Position numbers and translations under genes: made by a program. From Ascidiella aspersa (taxonomy: Eukaryota): 64,000 nt of DNA. Location of the stretch: contig OZ004614.1 in NCBI GenBank assembly GCA_963924565.1, forward strand, positions 10,602,001 through 10,666,000, in the 5' to 3' direction. Below the pieces are notes generated by a model, which saw nothing but the letters and a program-made list of their open reading frames with translations, was not told where the DNA came from and made no database searches. Positions 22,984 to 37,900 of the stretch are shown here, piece by piece; position 1 is the first letter of the stretch, and every line of letters begins with the position of its first letter.

Positions 22984-25900
22984 ATGAAGCGCAAAAAAGA
23001 CGTGATAGTGGGCACGAAGCGGACGCTCTACCCGGCTGCTGGCGTGCAGTCCGACGTCGAGGCCTTGCTGCAGAAATTCGTCGACACCAACAGCATCAGG
23101 TGTGTGCTTTCCTCTCGGTCTTAACCGTATTTATCAGCGAAAAAACTTACTGCTACACCCGATTCGATCCGTTGGCTTCGCAATGAGTCGCTTTATCCAA
23201 AATGACAAAAATCATGATTTTGAAGCGTTATCGTAACATGGCCCATGGTTAAGATGTTAATTTTTTTGTCTGTCTTTTAAATACTTTGCGATTACACATC
23301 CAGCGAAGCTTGTAATCGTGTTGGATTGTCATTTGATTTCCACACAACCTGATAAAGTTTTTAGTAATTGGATTTGTGATAGGATTTTTCGGTAAATTTT
23401 TTAACTTTTTAAAACTTCTTTTACTCGCCTGACAACAAACCCAAAATAAAACCTAAATTTCCTGAATGTTTTCGAAAATTGGTTACAGGTACGAGGACTT
23501 TGCGCGGCTTTGGCGCCAGAGCAACTTTTCTCTAATCCACTGCGGCAGGGCCGGGCTGCGAGAGAAGCGAGAATTCGTCGAGGAGGCTTTCAAGATCGTT
23601 CTCAAGTTTGCTCTACCGCCCTACAGCTTGCAGGTAACTCGCCTGCCACAGCGCGTGCTAAAAATACAAGTAAATTTGGTTCCATTTTTAATGTGTTTAT
23701 TGCTGTTTACCTCGATAAACGTCAATGAAAATTTTTGTATGTAGCGTCGTCACTGCATTTCGATACACTTTATCCCTAAATAACATGAAGTTGGTTTGAC
23801 TTGTCAGTTGTCAGTTTTTAAAAGTGCTTTCCTTGTTGATAAAGTTCCCTAGAAGTTCATCTGATGCTCCCAAATATCACTTGATTAATTTTAAGGCACC
23901 CTAAAAATGTTTTTACATTAGGTTTTACACAATAATCCATTTGCACAATAATCCATTTGCAATTGATTTACATTTGGTTGGGCATCACTCGCGTTTGAAA
24001 AATGAACCTTGATCGACTTCGCGACATCACGACATCCCGCATTGTAGAAATCCTTCGAACTAACCACTAAAATCAGACTGTAAAAAACTAATGTATTTTA
24101 TAATTCTGATGATATGTGGTGTCCGGCCTTTTTTCCCAATGTGGTTGACTCTTATCATATTGTAGATTCCTATCGTGTCTGGCAATAACTATCTCGGGAT
24201 ATGCGTTAATTCTTGTATCGTTGTCGCCAATATGTGGAATAATATCGGAACTTAGCAGGTAATGTGTTACTACCGGTACCGATCCAACCAAATAGGATGG
24301 AGTTGGATTTTTTAAAGTCACGAATTTCGCAAGTATATTGGGCTTATTTCGCTGTGTGATAATTTTTTTTAGTGTTTCGCTAGGTTTTACCTTTTCGGTA
24401 TCGGTTTTGTTAAATTTGTTGAGTAAACATTCACACATCCCCTGCTAAAATTACCACCGAAACAGCCAAGTTCAATATGATACAACAAGACAAATCACCG
24501 TGTCCAATGCCTGTCACTGTCAGATTTTTAAAGTTTAGTGTATTGACACATAGCAAGGAAAGATTCCTTAATCACCCTTTTCCATAAGTGTACTGGCAAA
24601 TTGACGCGCGGATAAGACCTAATCTCGTCCCCGATCAAGGATTTGCGATAAAACACGATATTACACGCATTACATTACCTAAGGAAGAAGCCAAATCGAT
24701 CTAACATTTTATTCCGGTTGAGGGTGGAAGAGGTTTATTAATCCAACGACCCAGGCAGGCCTAAAGCACACGTTCTTATGTCCGATTATATTCTTAATGG
24801 CTCGTATATTTGTCGACAGGCGTGTAATATTCGTTTAGGGATTATTTATTCCAGATCGGACGGCGACAAATCGAAAATGCAAAATCAATACACTTGAAAA
24901 TAAGGCCGTCGGGGAATCTCTCTCCATTAAAATCGCCATCGAATTGTATTATGTGTTGTAACGAATACGCCCCGTTGATCCATCTACTGACCGTTTCGCT
25001 TGTGTAACCCGACAGGCATCCTTTGAGACTTGTGTGTTGCTTCCGAAAAAGGAATTTGTCTCGCACAAATATAATCTGGTCGCCATAAAAAATAAATTTT
25101 CTGTTGGTACCAACCCTTCTTTTGGTTGGTTGTTAGCAAACATTTTTAGGTTCCGACGTTCCACTTTTGTCATCCGTATATCAAATTACCAGTTCGTCGT
25201 CAAATTTGTTAAAATAAGAAAAAATCATCACACTATTACCAGGAATAGCTTTTACAAGCAAGAAATGCGAGTGTAACCTTGAGCAGAAAAAACGAAAATA
25301 GAAGTGTAATTTCGTTTTTTACCCCGATGTCGTTTGCAATCAGCGATTCTGGGCAGCCTTTCCGTAATCCGCAATTCCACTCCTTCAAGCTGCGCTCGCA
25401 AGCTTTTCAAACAATATCTCAAGTGGCCTTATGCGGATTCCAGCACTACGAACGCCTTTTGCAATCAGCGTCGCCATTTTAATGAAGCGAGTAATCGACA
25501 GATTACGAGCTGCTGTCTATTTGACCAACGTCCATCCGTTCCCGGTCCATATCTCGGCGTATTTGGCGGCTAAGCCACTCAAGTAGGCCCTTCGCGTCTG
25601 TTGCAGTAAGGCCCACGCTCCATGAGCGATTGCCTTTTCGTTCGAGAGAGCCTAAATACACGCGAATCCCTTTGATTGTTTCAAGAAAAGGTGCTAGACA
25701 TCAGAAGATCTCCAAGGCAAGGCACATCAAACGATGGCATTCGGTCACAGATCTGCCTATATGTTGTTTTAACAGTTCATTTTTATCATGCTTGGACTTT
25801 CTTGTTCTTTGGCGGGTCGCTGCCTTTTCACGAATAAGCAAACTTGAAAGGCTAGCGAATAAACAAACAAACCAAACGAGAGATGAAAAGTGACGCACGA

Positions 25901-28900
25901 TTCCTAAAACTCGTAAGATTGCAAATAAAAGTGCTTTGAAAATAACAACATAAAAAGCGTTGCGAAAAATATTGATTTCGAATCAACCCCTTTAAAAGCA
26001 AATAATTTAACCAATAACCTTTAACCGTCAAATATTAGATTTTTTTTCTGAATTTAAACCAACTGTTGTTGTAGCAATAGCTTGCTCACTGCAACTTCGA
26101 AGGTTTGAACTTTGCTCCCTTGGGTCGGCAATATTTTTTTTTGAATGTTTAATTGTATGTATGAATAACCACTGAAGGTATAAGTCTTTTTAAGTTGAAC
26201 AACAGTGGTTAAACATGTTTGCTGTCTTGCGAGGTAATTTGCCGCATCTTGTTTCGCCAACCAAAAACTCAAGAAGCCGACTAAACACTAAAGCAGGGGT
26301 TCTTAACCTTTTTTGTATGTTTTAACTCTTTAACAAAGATGAATATCAGATTTACCCCCAATATATAAAATGGTACTGATTTACTAAAAAACGAAAGTAA
26401 CAAATTACAGTAGGTATATTCAATGCGACGGCTGCCCTTGCTTTTTGGCAACGATTTGTTCAATATTGTCTGGTAAAGTAGTAGATAATGCAAACGAATA
26501 TCAGATTCAACATGAAGTCGGTTTCGTGCTTTGGTTTTGATAATATAAGAATTGCAGAGAAGCCGCATTCGCATAGGTTTTCAAGTTGAAGAAAACGGAC
26601 CCAGAATATTCAGAGCTTGAGTACCTATCTTTGAAATTAACCCTTAAACGGAGAAATTCACCCCCTGGGGTCAATTTACTCCCAGGTTAAGAAAGGCTGC
26701 TCTAACGCCATCGCCTCGTGTATTCTTCAGGTGCGCGTGGGCGCCGTTTACTTGCTGTACGGCCTCTACCACACGCAGCGGCTAAGTTCGAGGGTCAAGG
26801 TTCGAATCCCGCTCTCGTGCTGGCAAGAGGTCGACGCGCTGCATGACGAGGTGCGCTCCAACAAGCACCTCGATATCGATTACGTCATGCGGCTATTGAA
26901 GCACGACGGAGCGTTCGAGTTCGTGGCCTACCCATCGCACCTCACCCTAGGTAGGTTGCATAAAGTTGCGTTTAGCAGTTGATATTTTTAGGATAAGCTA
27001 AATATTTTCAGGGAGAATTGAATGACATTTGTCATTTTTTTCAACATTTATTGCCTTGGTCGTCTTTGCAATGTTAGCCCATCACACCTCACCCTAGGTA
27101 GGTTGCATAAAGCTGCGCTTGGCAGTGGATTTTTTTAGGATAAGCTAAATATTTTCAGGGAGACTTGACATTCGTCATTTTTTGTTAATTTATTGCCCTG
27201 GTCGTCTTTGTAATGTTAACCTGTCGCACCTGCACTCTAGGTAGGTTGCGTAAAGCTGCGCTTGGCAGTGGATTTCAGGATGAGATAAACATTTTTAGGC
27301 CGGCTTGAATGACGTTTGTCCTTTTTTTAATTTATTGTCTTTGACGTCTTTGCAATACTAGCTAAAAACCGTTAACAATGTATTACCACTTTATTTGGTG
27401 TCCACTAACTTATTGTTAGGTTTATTTTGAATAACTCGGTGATACTTTAAAAGCGATAACTAATAACTCGGTGTTAGGTAGAGGTTGAGAACCTATTTTT
27501 TGTTCGAGGAGAATTGACACTGTGTTCAGTGTCCGTGTTGCTTTTCAGCCAGCTGTGCTGAAAAACCTCCCCGCAGTGACTTCTAGTGTTATGGTGGACC
27601 ACGGTGTGGTAATCCTGTCACCCCAATTTCACAACGGCAGTTCTATCCGTGCTATCCACTCCTTTGAGATCTTTTTGAGACTTTTTTCCGGCCACCCTGC
27701 CACGCTGTCGTGACTCTAAATCTGACGTTGCACTCCCCTGAGGGATACGTATATGCTTGGGCCGCTAGTTGCTACTATTCGTTTGAGGATCTGCCATTAA
27801 TGTAACCTGAAATGCAATATCCATACTAGGCTATAGTTTGTTTCCTATATTTTCCCTGGCATTTCCTCTCTCATCCTACAGCTTGTGGCTTTCGGCACAA
27901 CTTTGAACATGCCCGCTAAAGTTCTCAACTACTAAGTAACTTGAATAATAACGATCGACAATTATTTTGGACATGCAGAATATAATGTAAAACTGAATTG
28001 ATATTAGCATGGCTATTTATTTGCTGCCTTTCTTCAAAAATGAATCGAGTTTTTCCGAAATAATAGTTTGGCTGTGTTCGTATGGAGTTAAACTTTTTAC
28101 TGGATACATTTAATTTAGGGCACTCTAGTATGTTTTAATCCGCGACTTTTTCGCCGATCGTGAGAGTTCATTTGGAGGCAACAGGCGTTTTATTACTGCC
28201 CATTGTGCTCCAGAGGTGTCTGACACAAATGAGTATTTGCCATGGTATACCAATATACTGGACTAGGTAGCGTTTTATTGCCCCCGTCCGCATGCTTGTT
28301 TGCTTTATATTGTTGGTCTAGCTCTTATTTGTCCATTCGAATCGGCGAATCCACTTTAAAAAAGTCTTTTTTTGTTTTTTGAAGTGTCTTTACAGCCAGG
28401 AATCGAAATGGTCGGTAAACTTATATGTGCCAAATGACGCGTATATCTATTTGTCGTGTTGTCACAGCCGCCACGTAACGTTTATGTCTGATTGTGTCAT
28501 TTGACGAAGTCACGCTGCCACCATTGCAGACGATGCGAATCGACAACGTATTCGATACCAAACCGTAATCCGGCGTTTACAGACGCTAGACAAAAAAGAC
28601 AAAAGTACAGCAGCCCCAGATGTCGCACATCAAACGCAGGGCTGTTTCCGCCCGCCATTACGCCACGGGCTCCGTTTTACGCGAAGTCCGAAGACGGTTT
28701 ATTGCCGCAGTTTCGTGTAACTTCTGTCATCCCAACTCGCTATTTACTGTTCCACTCTTGGTTGACTGACCGGCCAAATAGAACACTGTATGCATGTCGG
28801 CCGTTTTAAATCCACAAGGCTTCTCTGACTATTTTCGACAACCTGAACCGGTTTAATGACTTTTTCGGAATCTATTGCCTTGTCTGATGCCAACAGAACC

Positions 28901-31900
28901 AAGGGTCAAACTACCCCCCCCCTGCTTTTTAGGCCATTTTCTTGTAATAAATACATATTCTGGTTTCTCACGTTCTTTAGTCCTGGGGGTAACGTGGCGT
29001 GTCTTTAAAAGCTCTTGGGGTTTTGATAGTGCCGCTTACGATTCTGCGGTGAAATAAACATATATTTGCCGTTCCAATAAAATAAAACAAAATAGTTTCA
29101 ATATGTTTGTAGTTCTGATCCGCTCAGTTTTTTATTAAAATTTGTCATATTTAATCCTATGTTGATTTAAAAATATCCAGTGACAAATTCATTGATCGGT
29201 TCGGTAGATAAATAAAAAAATGTGGTAGATAAATCAAAAATGGTAAAAGGGCAACATTTCGCCAAAAAATATAAAATTGCTCAGAATCGCGGCTTAAAAC
29301 TACGCCTGGCGCTTAGTATAAATTTGCCAAATATAAATTTGCTTGGCGCTTAGTATAAATTGCCAATCAGACAATCGACTTTCCTTTCCTTATACTGTCT
29401 GGTTATTTTATTGTAGTGATGTTTGTGGTTTTATTCCGCCCACTTTTTATTAAAATTTATCTTATTTAATCCTATTTTGATTTTTCGAAGTGAAATAAAA
29501 TTATCCATTCACAAGTTTTGAGGTCGGTTCATGTGGCAGAAATGGTGAAAAGGGCAACATTTTAACTCGCCCAAGAATATAAAATTTCTCAGAATTGCGG
29601 TTAAAAACTACGCCTGGCGCTTAGTATAATTTGCCCTAAAAACAAGCCAAAGGGTTGGAATGCTCGAAAAGAGGGATCCTGGCGTCGAACGAAAAGCGCT
29701 TTGTAATCTAACGAAAATCGCCAAACTTGCACCGACAGTTCGACACGAAATTCGCTTACGTCTCGTTTCGCTCGCAGCATTTTTACCGTTCGCTTGACCG
29801 TTTATTTGGTCAACTTAAGGCCGTTCCGCGCGATGGCACGCCACGGCAAAAAACTGGCCCCAAGCGAATTCCCGGGCGTTTATCTGCCGATGTACAGCGT
29901 CGATTATGCGTCCGCTCGCAAAAAGATGGCCCAGTGAGATTGATTCGTCTTTGATCGTCCGCGACGCACTAACCACCTCAGCGTTGCCTGACCCTTTTAA
30001 CGCGATCTGCTATTTTGGCTCGAAATAAACCCGAATTTGCTATTCGCCTCTGAATTACACGATTGCCATCCGCCTGGTCGTACCTTGTATTTGCTTACTT
30101 TCACATTTGCCATAAAGTAAGGGACGGCTGCTACTGCCGCAGCTTGATAGTTCTCCTTAAGGCTTTGTGTGTTATTTTATGGATAAAAGGCTTAGCCAGC
30201 GCGCAACGGCAAGCTGAAATTTGCAAAACACAACTCGCGCACTCGGCTGTAATTTCCACCGCAAAGCGTCAAAGAAGCAGCCAATTTGAAGCGACAGATG
30301 TTGTGCGCCTTGGTTGCTTTTTAGGATTTGACCGCCAGCTTTACGCGGACAATTCGAGGTGACTTTCACAAAATTTGCAGCAACCCCAGCCGTTCTTTGT
30401 TTGCCTAGTTTCTTCGACCAAACAGCACTGCCAAGGTAAATGCGCCAAAGCGTATAGGAGAGTTACTGCTTATGTATTCGGCCAATTTTCCTATTTGAAT
30501 CTTTCAATGAAACAGTAAAAACCTTTTGTTTGCCGATCGTGGCTGCAGTGACGCAACTCAAATGCCTGTAGACGCCTGTCATAGGTTGCTTTATTTGACG
30601 GCATCTTGTCTTCAACTCTTTTAGACGCCTTGACGCGCATTTTGCGTAACAGTCAAGCGATTAAATCACGACCACAAGCGTAGAACGGATGACGTAACCC
30701 TAAAAAACTGCGCGGAATTTGCGCATATTGGAATAAAAATTCCGTAGAATTTACAACGAGTTATAGCGGCTGCCCTAGCCTTTGTATAGCACCAGATATT
30801 AGAAGCCATCAAACGCGTTTGTCCAAGAGTGTTGACGGCACCGCCATTCAGCTATACCAGTGGTTCTTATCCTTTTATGGCTTGCGGCACCCCTAATTAA
30901 TAATAAATAGAATGCGGCACCCCTACAAGATTTTGATGTAGGTAAATTAGTAAAATGTCACAATAAACGGTACTGGAACAACACACATCAACTGTGCACA
31001 ACGTAGGAAGTTTTAATTGGATTTATTCCACTCTAATCTTACACAAAAAGTTGTACGAGTTGCGATAAATCAGATTCTTAAAGATTCTCAAATGCATTAG
31101 AACCCCTGGGCATTGGAAATGGTACCCCAGGGTCCCGTGGCACCCCGGTTGAAAACTGATGGGGTATACTATAGTATAAAGAACTAAAACAGGTGGACGG
31201 CTTACAGTTTTCCGTTTGAGGGCGTTGTCTGTCAAGCGTTAAGTTCGCCTGAATACCGGGACAACAGCAGAACAGCGTTTGCGAATTAAATATACACGTC
31301 AAACTAATCAAAACCGAGGCTTTCGGAAACTCGGAACGGATTAACCAGCGTTTTGCGCCCGGCGTCACAGCATTTTGGGCAATTCGCTTTTTTACAACTG
31401 TCTCCGCTTCGTTTGGCTCGCAGCCAGCGCCGCTGGTCAACGGGTTCCGGCTTTGTCGCCCGGCAAATCGTTAATTTCGCAGCTTTGTGTGCGCGCAGGA
31501 GTCGTCAGACCCCCTTCCCCCCTTTCTCGTCGTATAGATTTTATGGATTGGGATGTGAGCTAAATGAGGGCCGCCTGTGTGTTTGGATTGAAACTCTTGA
31601 CTGCGTTCTGACGTGCATGTGACATTGGGTTGGTCGGGTGTCTTTTTTTCCACGTTACTTTTTTATCTATCTGTCTATCTTTTTTGCAACTTTACTCGTT
31701 GTGTTGGCATTATTTTCTAACCTTTTGCACAATTTTGTATTACTATTTACGCCCTATAAAAATTAATCTATATGTAACAAATTTTTACATCTTTGTGGTT
31801 GTGCTTTTTGACAAAGTGCGTAATGTTAACAATATCGTTAGCCAAATCTAATACCATTTTCCACGTCATACTATTTAATGATAGTATAATTGGTAATACA

Positions 31901-34900
31901 AGGCATTTATGGTGAATAAAATCGTTTCGAAAGTTCTCTTAAAAAAATACAACTTTTATTTAGTTCGAAGGTATATTACGATTAATAGTCATAATTGGCC
32001 TTAAGAGCAACTTTTTACAAGGCTCTTTTTTTATCGCAAATTTTGCTCCTAATGGCGTTCGAATTCAAAGCGTCTTCTAACGTTTGCTTGGCTCTTGAAA
32101 AATTTGGAACTGTTCCACAAAAAAACGAATTTCTTCTCTCGTCTAGCGACGCTCGCCTATATATCGAAGGGACGAAGGGCACGACGAACACGAAATACCT
32201 TAAACCGACGTAACATCGTTCGGATATCTGCGGCCTCGAAAGTGGTCGGACGGGTTGTGTACCCGCCAAGATTTTTTCGGCAACTGCCCGTGCCGGCCCA
32301 AGCTATTTCCGCGAACGGATTATCTTTGAGCGATTGCAGTCGTCTACATATTTTTTGGCATACTGCCAAAAAAAGTTAGGCTCATCTTTTCTTTTATCGT
32401 TTTGAATGGCCATTACGACGACGTACCTTTCTCAAAGTGTTTGTTTTTTTCGCGTGTCTCGCCAGAAAAGTGTTTCTTGGCAGTAGGTGAGGTGCCAAAT
32501 CTATGCAACATATCGTCCTCTCTTACACAACAGCTAATAGGCCTAGTTGCTAAAATGGTCGCGGTTAAACGACGGGCCAAAACATCACGAATACTTACGT
32601 AGACTTCTCATAGTATAGCGATTCTTGGTTGAGTTTTCCGTATTATGCATTTGCAATTTCATCCACCCTTTTTTATTTCATTTTCTAATTACTTTTGTCC
32701 ACTTTTTTAAATCAACCATTTCGTATCCACCATATCCAAAGACTTATTTTGCGCCGTCGTCTTCATAACTCCAACTAAATACAGACGTTCCTAGTTAAAC
32801 CAAACTATTTTCCAGTCAATTGTGTGACATCAGCCAATTCACAAGGTGTTTTGGCGTTAAAATCGACCTGTCTTTGTGTCGTGCTTATTCGCACTTTTCG
32901 GGGACCTAAAGGTTAGTACAGTGGTTCTCAACCGGGGTGCCGCGGCACCCTGTAGTACCACTTCTAATGCCCAAGGGTGCCGAAAGATATTTGGGAATCT
33001 TTAGGAATCTGATTATTACTCAACTCTTACAAGTTTTTGTGTAAGATTAGAGCGGAAGAATTCCAATTAAAACTTCCTACGTTGTGCAGAGTTGATGTGT
33101 GTTGTTCCAGTTCCGTTTATTGTGACATTCTAGTAATTTACCTAAAAAATCGTGTAGGGTTGCTGCAATCTGTTTATTATTTCTGAGGGGTGCCGCAAGC
33201 CATAGAAGGTTGAGAACCACTGTTAATATAAAGTCTAAACCAAAAACACAGCGGAAGCCACCGCAGGCCGGAAAAGGCACTGAAAGGGCGCGGTATTTGA
33301 CCGTTCTTTCTCGCGCGTTCGCCCAAGGAAAGGAAGACTTTGTGATCCTCGACGGCGTTGAGAACTCGTTCGCTTGTGTATAGAGCAGCAACACGCCCCG
33401 ATCCAAAAATGCGGCTGGCCAAGCTCGCTCAAATACGGCGAACCTTGCGTCTAGTTATGCTAAAAAGCGACTTGGTAATCCAATTAACAGGATGTGCAGG
33501 CTTTTCTTTCTGCTTGCTTAATTTTATATTTACGTTCTACAAAATCTCCGTGTTTTTTGCTGTTTAGTTTTTTCAATGAAGAGACTTGTTACCAACCAAC
33601 GTAAAGCAAACACTTTTTTATGATAAGCATTAAAGTGCAAAAGTTTACTTGACGAGCGAGATTCCAATCGGGCGCTCAGCTTATTCCATCGTTTTTGCTT
33701 TTCCGAGTTTCTGCCATTTTTTTCACCTTTACGCGGAAAGGGATGAACGATCCAAAGATAAACGATGGGCCAAAGATAAGCCATAGCAGGTAGAGGCTAC
33801 ATTTTCCGGGACATGATCGTTTTTAGGCAGAATAACCGCACGATTGGTAATATTTAGACACGCGCTGTGCCCTCTATGTATACAAAATGGAAAGAAACGA
33901 GAAGTTAATGCCGCGTGACTCCACTTTATAAGGTTGCTGAATGGTGAACGCATTTTGCTTTGCGAGAAAACTGGAAAGTTTAAGTTCATAATTCCGTTGT
34001 TGCAAGTTACAACATTTCTACTCTTGCGTAAACACTTTTTGTCGATTTTTTCTTTCTTTTTTACAATGACTGTTCTTAAAGTAAGAGAAATGACCCGTGA
34101 ATCTGGACAGATAATCCCTCAATCACTCTTTTCGCTTATAAGCTTTGTGTTTTATTTTGCTTATTTGATTTGGTGGCTCAAGTTGTTTATTTTATTAAAT
34201 GCTCAGGGTTAAAAAATTGACGGGGTATCATTAGGTGGTTCTTACGTACTGTAACCGTTTTTTCATCCATATGTATTCTACCCGCGCTTTCGACACAATT
34301 ACAAATCTTTTAATCTATGTGTCCTTAAAAGGGCTTTTATTGTTTTAAAGGTTTTTTATAAACTTTATTACGATTGTACATATGTTATGCATCTCTCTTT
34401 AGTATGGTTTAATTTTTAGAGGCTGGAAGTAGTTTTGAATGTTGAACACCCACTACCAGAATTAAATTGTTTTTTTTTTATTATTTAACGAGAATTAAAA
34501 TTCGCCGTAGCAGTGCGATAGAAATCACATTTCCAACCAGCCCCAAGGCAGACCTCGATGCAAAAAACGCTGCACGACTTTTTCCCGCTCTTTCGTTTTG
34601 TCCATTTTTTTCTTTTTCTCCTTAAACTTCTCTCTCGCTCTGCTGGTCACGCTGAACGCTCGACTGCTTCGGTGATGTAACTGGCCGCGATTCGAATTAG
34701 ATTCTTCTTTGTAATTTACGCGATTGGAATGTTTGCTGCGGTTTAACCGGTCGGTTTAGTGATTTAGGTAAGAGCCACGTTTTTTTTTTTTTACTTTATT
34801 TCGTTTCGAAAGGAACGTTACCTGTTTTATTTTTAGTGTTAACCCAGAGTTTTTGTCAGAAAAACTTTATCTTGCCAACCAAAACGCAGCCTCACGCAGC

Positions 34901-37900
34901 CATTGTTTTTGTCTTTGTATTTTGCGATGTGAAAAAATGTGCATTTGTAGGCTATCGCACTTATTACGTTCACAATAATTGGTTTCATAGCAAATTTTAA
35001 GGCTTTTGTCGCTGCGCCCAAATTCGACCTCGTGTAGCAAATTACACACCGCATATTCAATACCTTAACGCCATGCTCGCTCGGCGTAAACTTGTCACAA
35101 AAACGCATCGCGCAAAGCAGTTCGAAAATACCACTTAAATCACCATTTCGTTGCTTTTCCCATGCCCCGCTTCGCCCGCCATCTAAACGCCGGCGTTCGA
35201 ATTCTAATCGTAAGCAACATTTGCAAACACGTAATTTAAAGCGCACACCGCCGCCAGGCCATTAGAACGCTGTACCTTAGCTGGCCAGCGCACTTGCCCA
35301 AACGTCAGTTTTGTTTATCGCCAGTGACCGTAACCGTTCGTTCGGTCACCGTGCTTTCTCTCTCTCGCTCTTTTTTCCTCCTACTTCTCTCTTTTTTGCT
35401 CTCACTCGTGCGCTCTTGTTAACGCTTTAGACTCCGTGTTTACGCCAATGTGTGGTGCGGCAATTTTACACTGGCTTTTAGAATTCAACCCCGAGAGAAA
35501 CTATTGTTATACTAGGTGCTCTTTCCGGCGACGACAATATATGTTGTTTTCTACTTTAGACAGTCGCGAAACACTCATTATTTGCTGTTGGTGTGACTCA
35601 GCTTGTAAAAACGCGCCGTGATTTTTTTTCGCCGAAAATCGCAGAGTTTCTCGTAAAACATATAAACATAGTGACGTGGAACGATTGTGATTGTGGTGTG
35701 TTCGTAAAACCTATATGCCATCATGAATTGTTCAATTGCCTCGTGACGCAAAGAAAGTCGAATTTATGTCGAAATTTAGTGAAAAATAAAGCGAAACAGC
35801 AATTCTCGCCTAAAATCGTGAAAAAATGTACCGAAAAGAAGAGAAAGGATCGCAATTCATTTGTTTATTTCACGTGCGTTGCCAACCGGCACTCGGGCAT
35901 ACTGGCGCCGAAAATATTTCTCGCCGCCCTCCGCTCGAGATGGTTTCAAGCGCTAAACTGTTGTCCTTGCCCGGCCTACGTAAGGTCAGGCGAACCCCGT
36001 AATTTTGGCAAAAAGCGCGAACCGCAGTGGCCCACATCTCACTCGTGTGCTTTCGTAATTGAGACCTGCGCTATTCCCAGGCGCTCTTTTAGTCTCGAGC
36101 TGCTTTTCGCCATGAATGGCGACCGGCTGACCGCTCTTTCACGTTATGTATTGCGGCGGGGTTTCGTTTTAAGGCTGGGCGCTTTGTTTTTCTGCGCAAT
36201 CTTGGCACTGGCACTTTGCCGAAACCTGTGGTTTGTGGTCGGCTTAGATCTCAGTCATTTATCGTGTCACTTGACTTAGCCAGCTGAACGAACGATAACC
36301 ACCACCAGTACCTGGACTGCTGCCGGTGGTAACGACCAAATCACGTTTAATACGCCTGGACTGTTGCGCGACCACTTTCATTATTGCGGTTATTGAATCT
36401 CTGCCACACAATAAATTCCGACGAATAGGCCTACTGTATGCTTGTTAGGGGGAGACAAATGCAACTGTAACTTCAAAGAGGAAGAACTGATGCAGCAACC
36501 GCCAACGCGGTCCATACATCGTTAATTCCACTATTACCAAAAAACAAAAGGTTTAGATAAAAAATAATCGACGTTGGCTTTGCTATAATGTCTTGGTACA
36601 CACGGATGCTTAGGTGCACACCTTAAAATTATCTCTTTTCATTTTACTATAATGTTTGGCAATGTGACAAAAACCATGCTAAGACTATACTCGTACGGAA
36701 TTCAAAAATAGAAGTATCTGTATTTTTTCTAAATTTACTATATAATGATGAGTAATGATCATTTTAACGGAACGCCAATACCAAACTTTACCAGTCAGGT
36801 GCCATATATAGTGCCACATGATTTAAAAACACTTTTAACCTATGTATTAACCCCAATAGTGTATTTCGTCGTACAGTTTATAAATATCGATTGCGACACA
36901 GATGTTTGTGCCTTCACAATATAGGTTTTGCATACAACTTAACTCTCGTTACAGTTGATTTCCTATGTGTGACCATTTCAAAGCAAATACCTTAGTTGTG
37001 AATTTCACCTCTCTTTGATAGCTCTTGGCGACCAAGCGAGAAGTATTGCTTGTCCTCCGCAGTTGTGTAGTCATTTACGACTGCTGATAAAAAATGGCTA
37101 TTTTAAAACTTAAGTGGCTTTTTTATGGTAACTCGCTCTTTATTTTTCCTTTTTTTTGATTATTAAAAACATATCCGTTCTTACAGTGAACTTGTTCTAT
37201 AGTTTTATTTCGCAAAAACTCACGTTTGTTAAATGTGTGTGGAAATGATCTTTAGCGAATATATACACTCCTTCTACTAAAAAAGTTGCTCTTCCCGCAC
37301 ATATATAATAGAATAGCTTTCTTTTGGCATTTTTTTTGACATCATTCCTGGTAGCAACAAATTAACACCACTGCTAAATATTCAGGTTTAGACTGTCGTG
37401 TTTGAAATTGAAATCACATCCTGATTTTAGTTGCGCGGTAAAAAGAATTGCGCTCAATTAAAAACCTGTTTTTTTAGCATTTTATTATTTTGCAGGTTAT
37501 TCAAACAATTGATGAAGTAACTCGATGTTAGACAAACAAATACGCACAGGTGTTATGTAAAAAAGGTCAACGTCCACAACCTATTATCTAAACCAGGGTC
37601 CATATTTAAGGATGATCCAACAATAAACTACACGTCCGTATGGTTCATCACGGTTTTTGGTTCGCGAACGAAACCACCCTGGCATTTTGTAAAACCGAGC
37701 GACCACGTTTTTTAAGCGAGCGCCTTGACGATAAGCAGCCACAGAGGAACACAGCAGGCTTTCGCCGGACGCGGCGACACAGTCCAGTCGGCCTGTTAAC
37801 AGGCCTTAGTTCTGGCACAACAAGCAACGCACCAAGGCCTCCAAGCTTCCTTTTGCAGCCGGGCGTAGCGGCACAAACAAGAGAAACACCCCCAAACCCG

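Noticed and set aside
29115-29640. Local degenerate duplication of ~200 bp (similar small ones at about 41.9-42.1 kb and 50.9-51.1 kb)
   Set aside because: Ordinary intronic tandem duplications with no sign of function.
36200-36260. miR-96/183-like seed TTGGCACTGGCAC
   Set aside because: No complementary arm to form a pre-miRNA hairpin.
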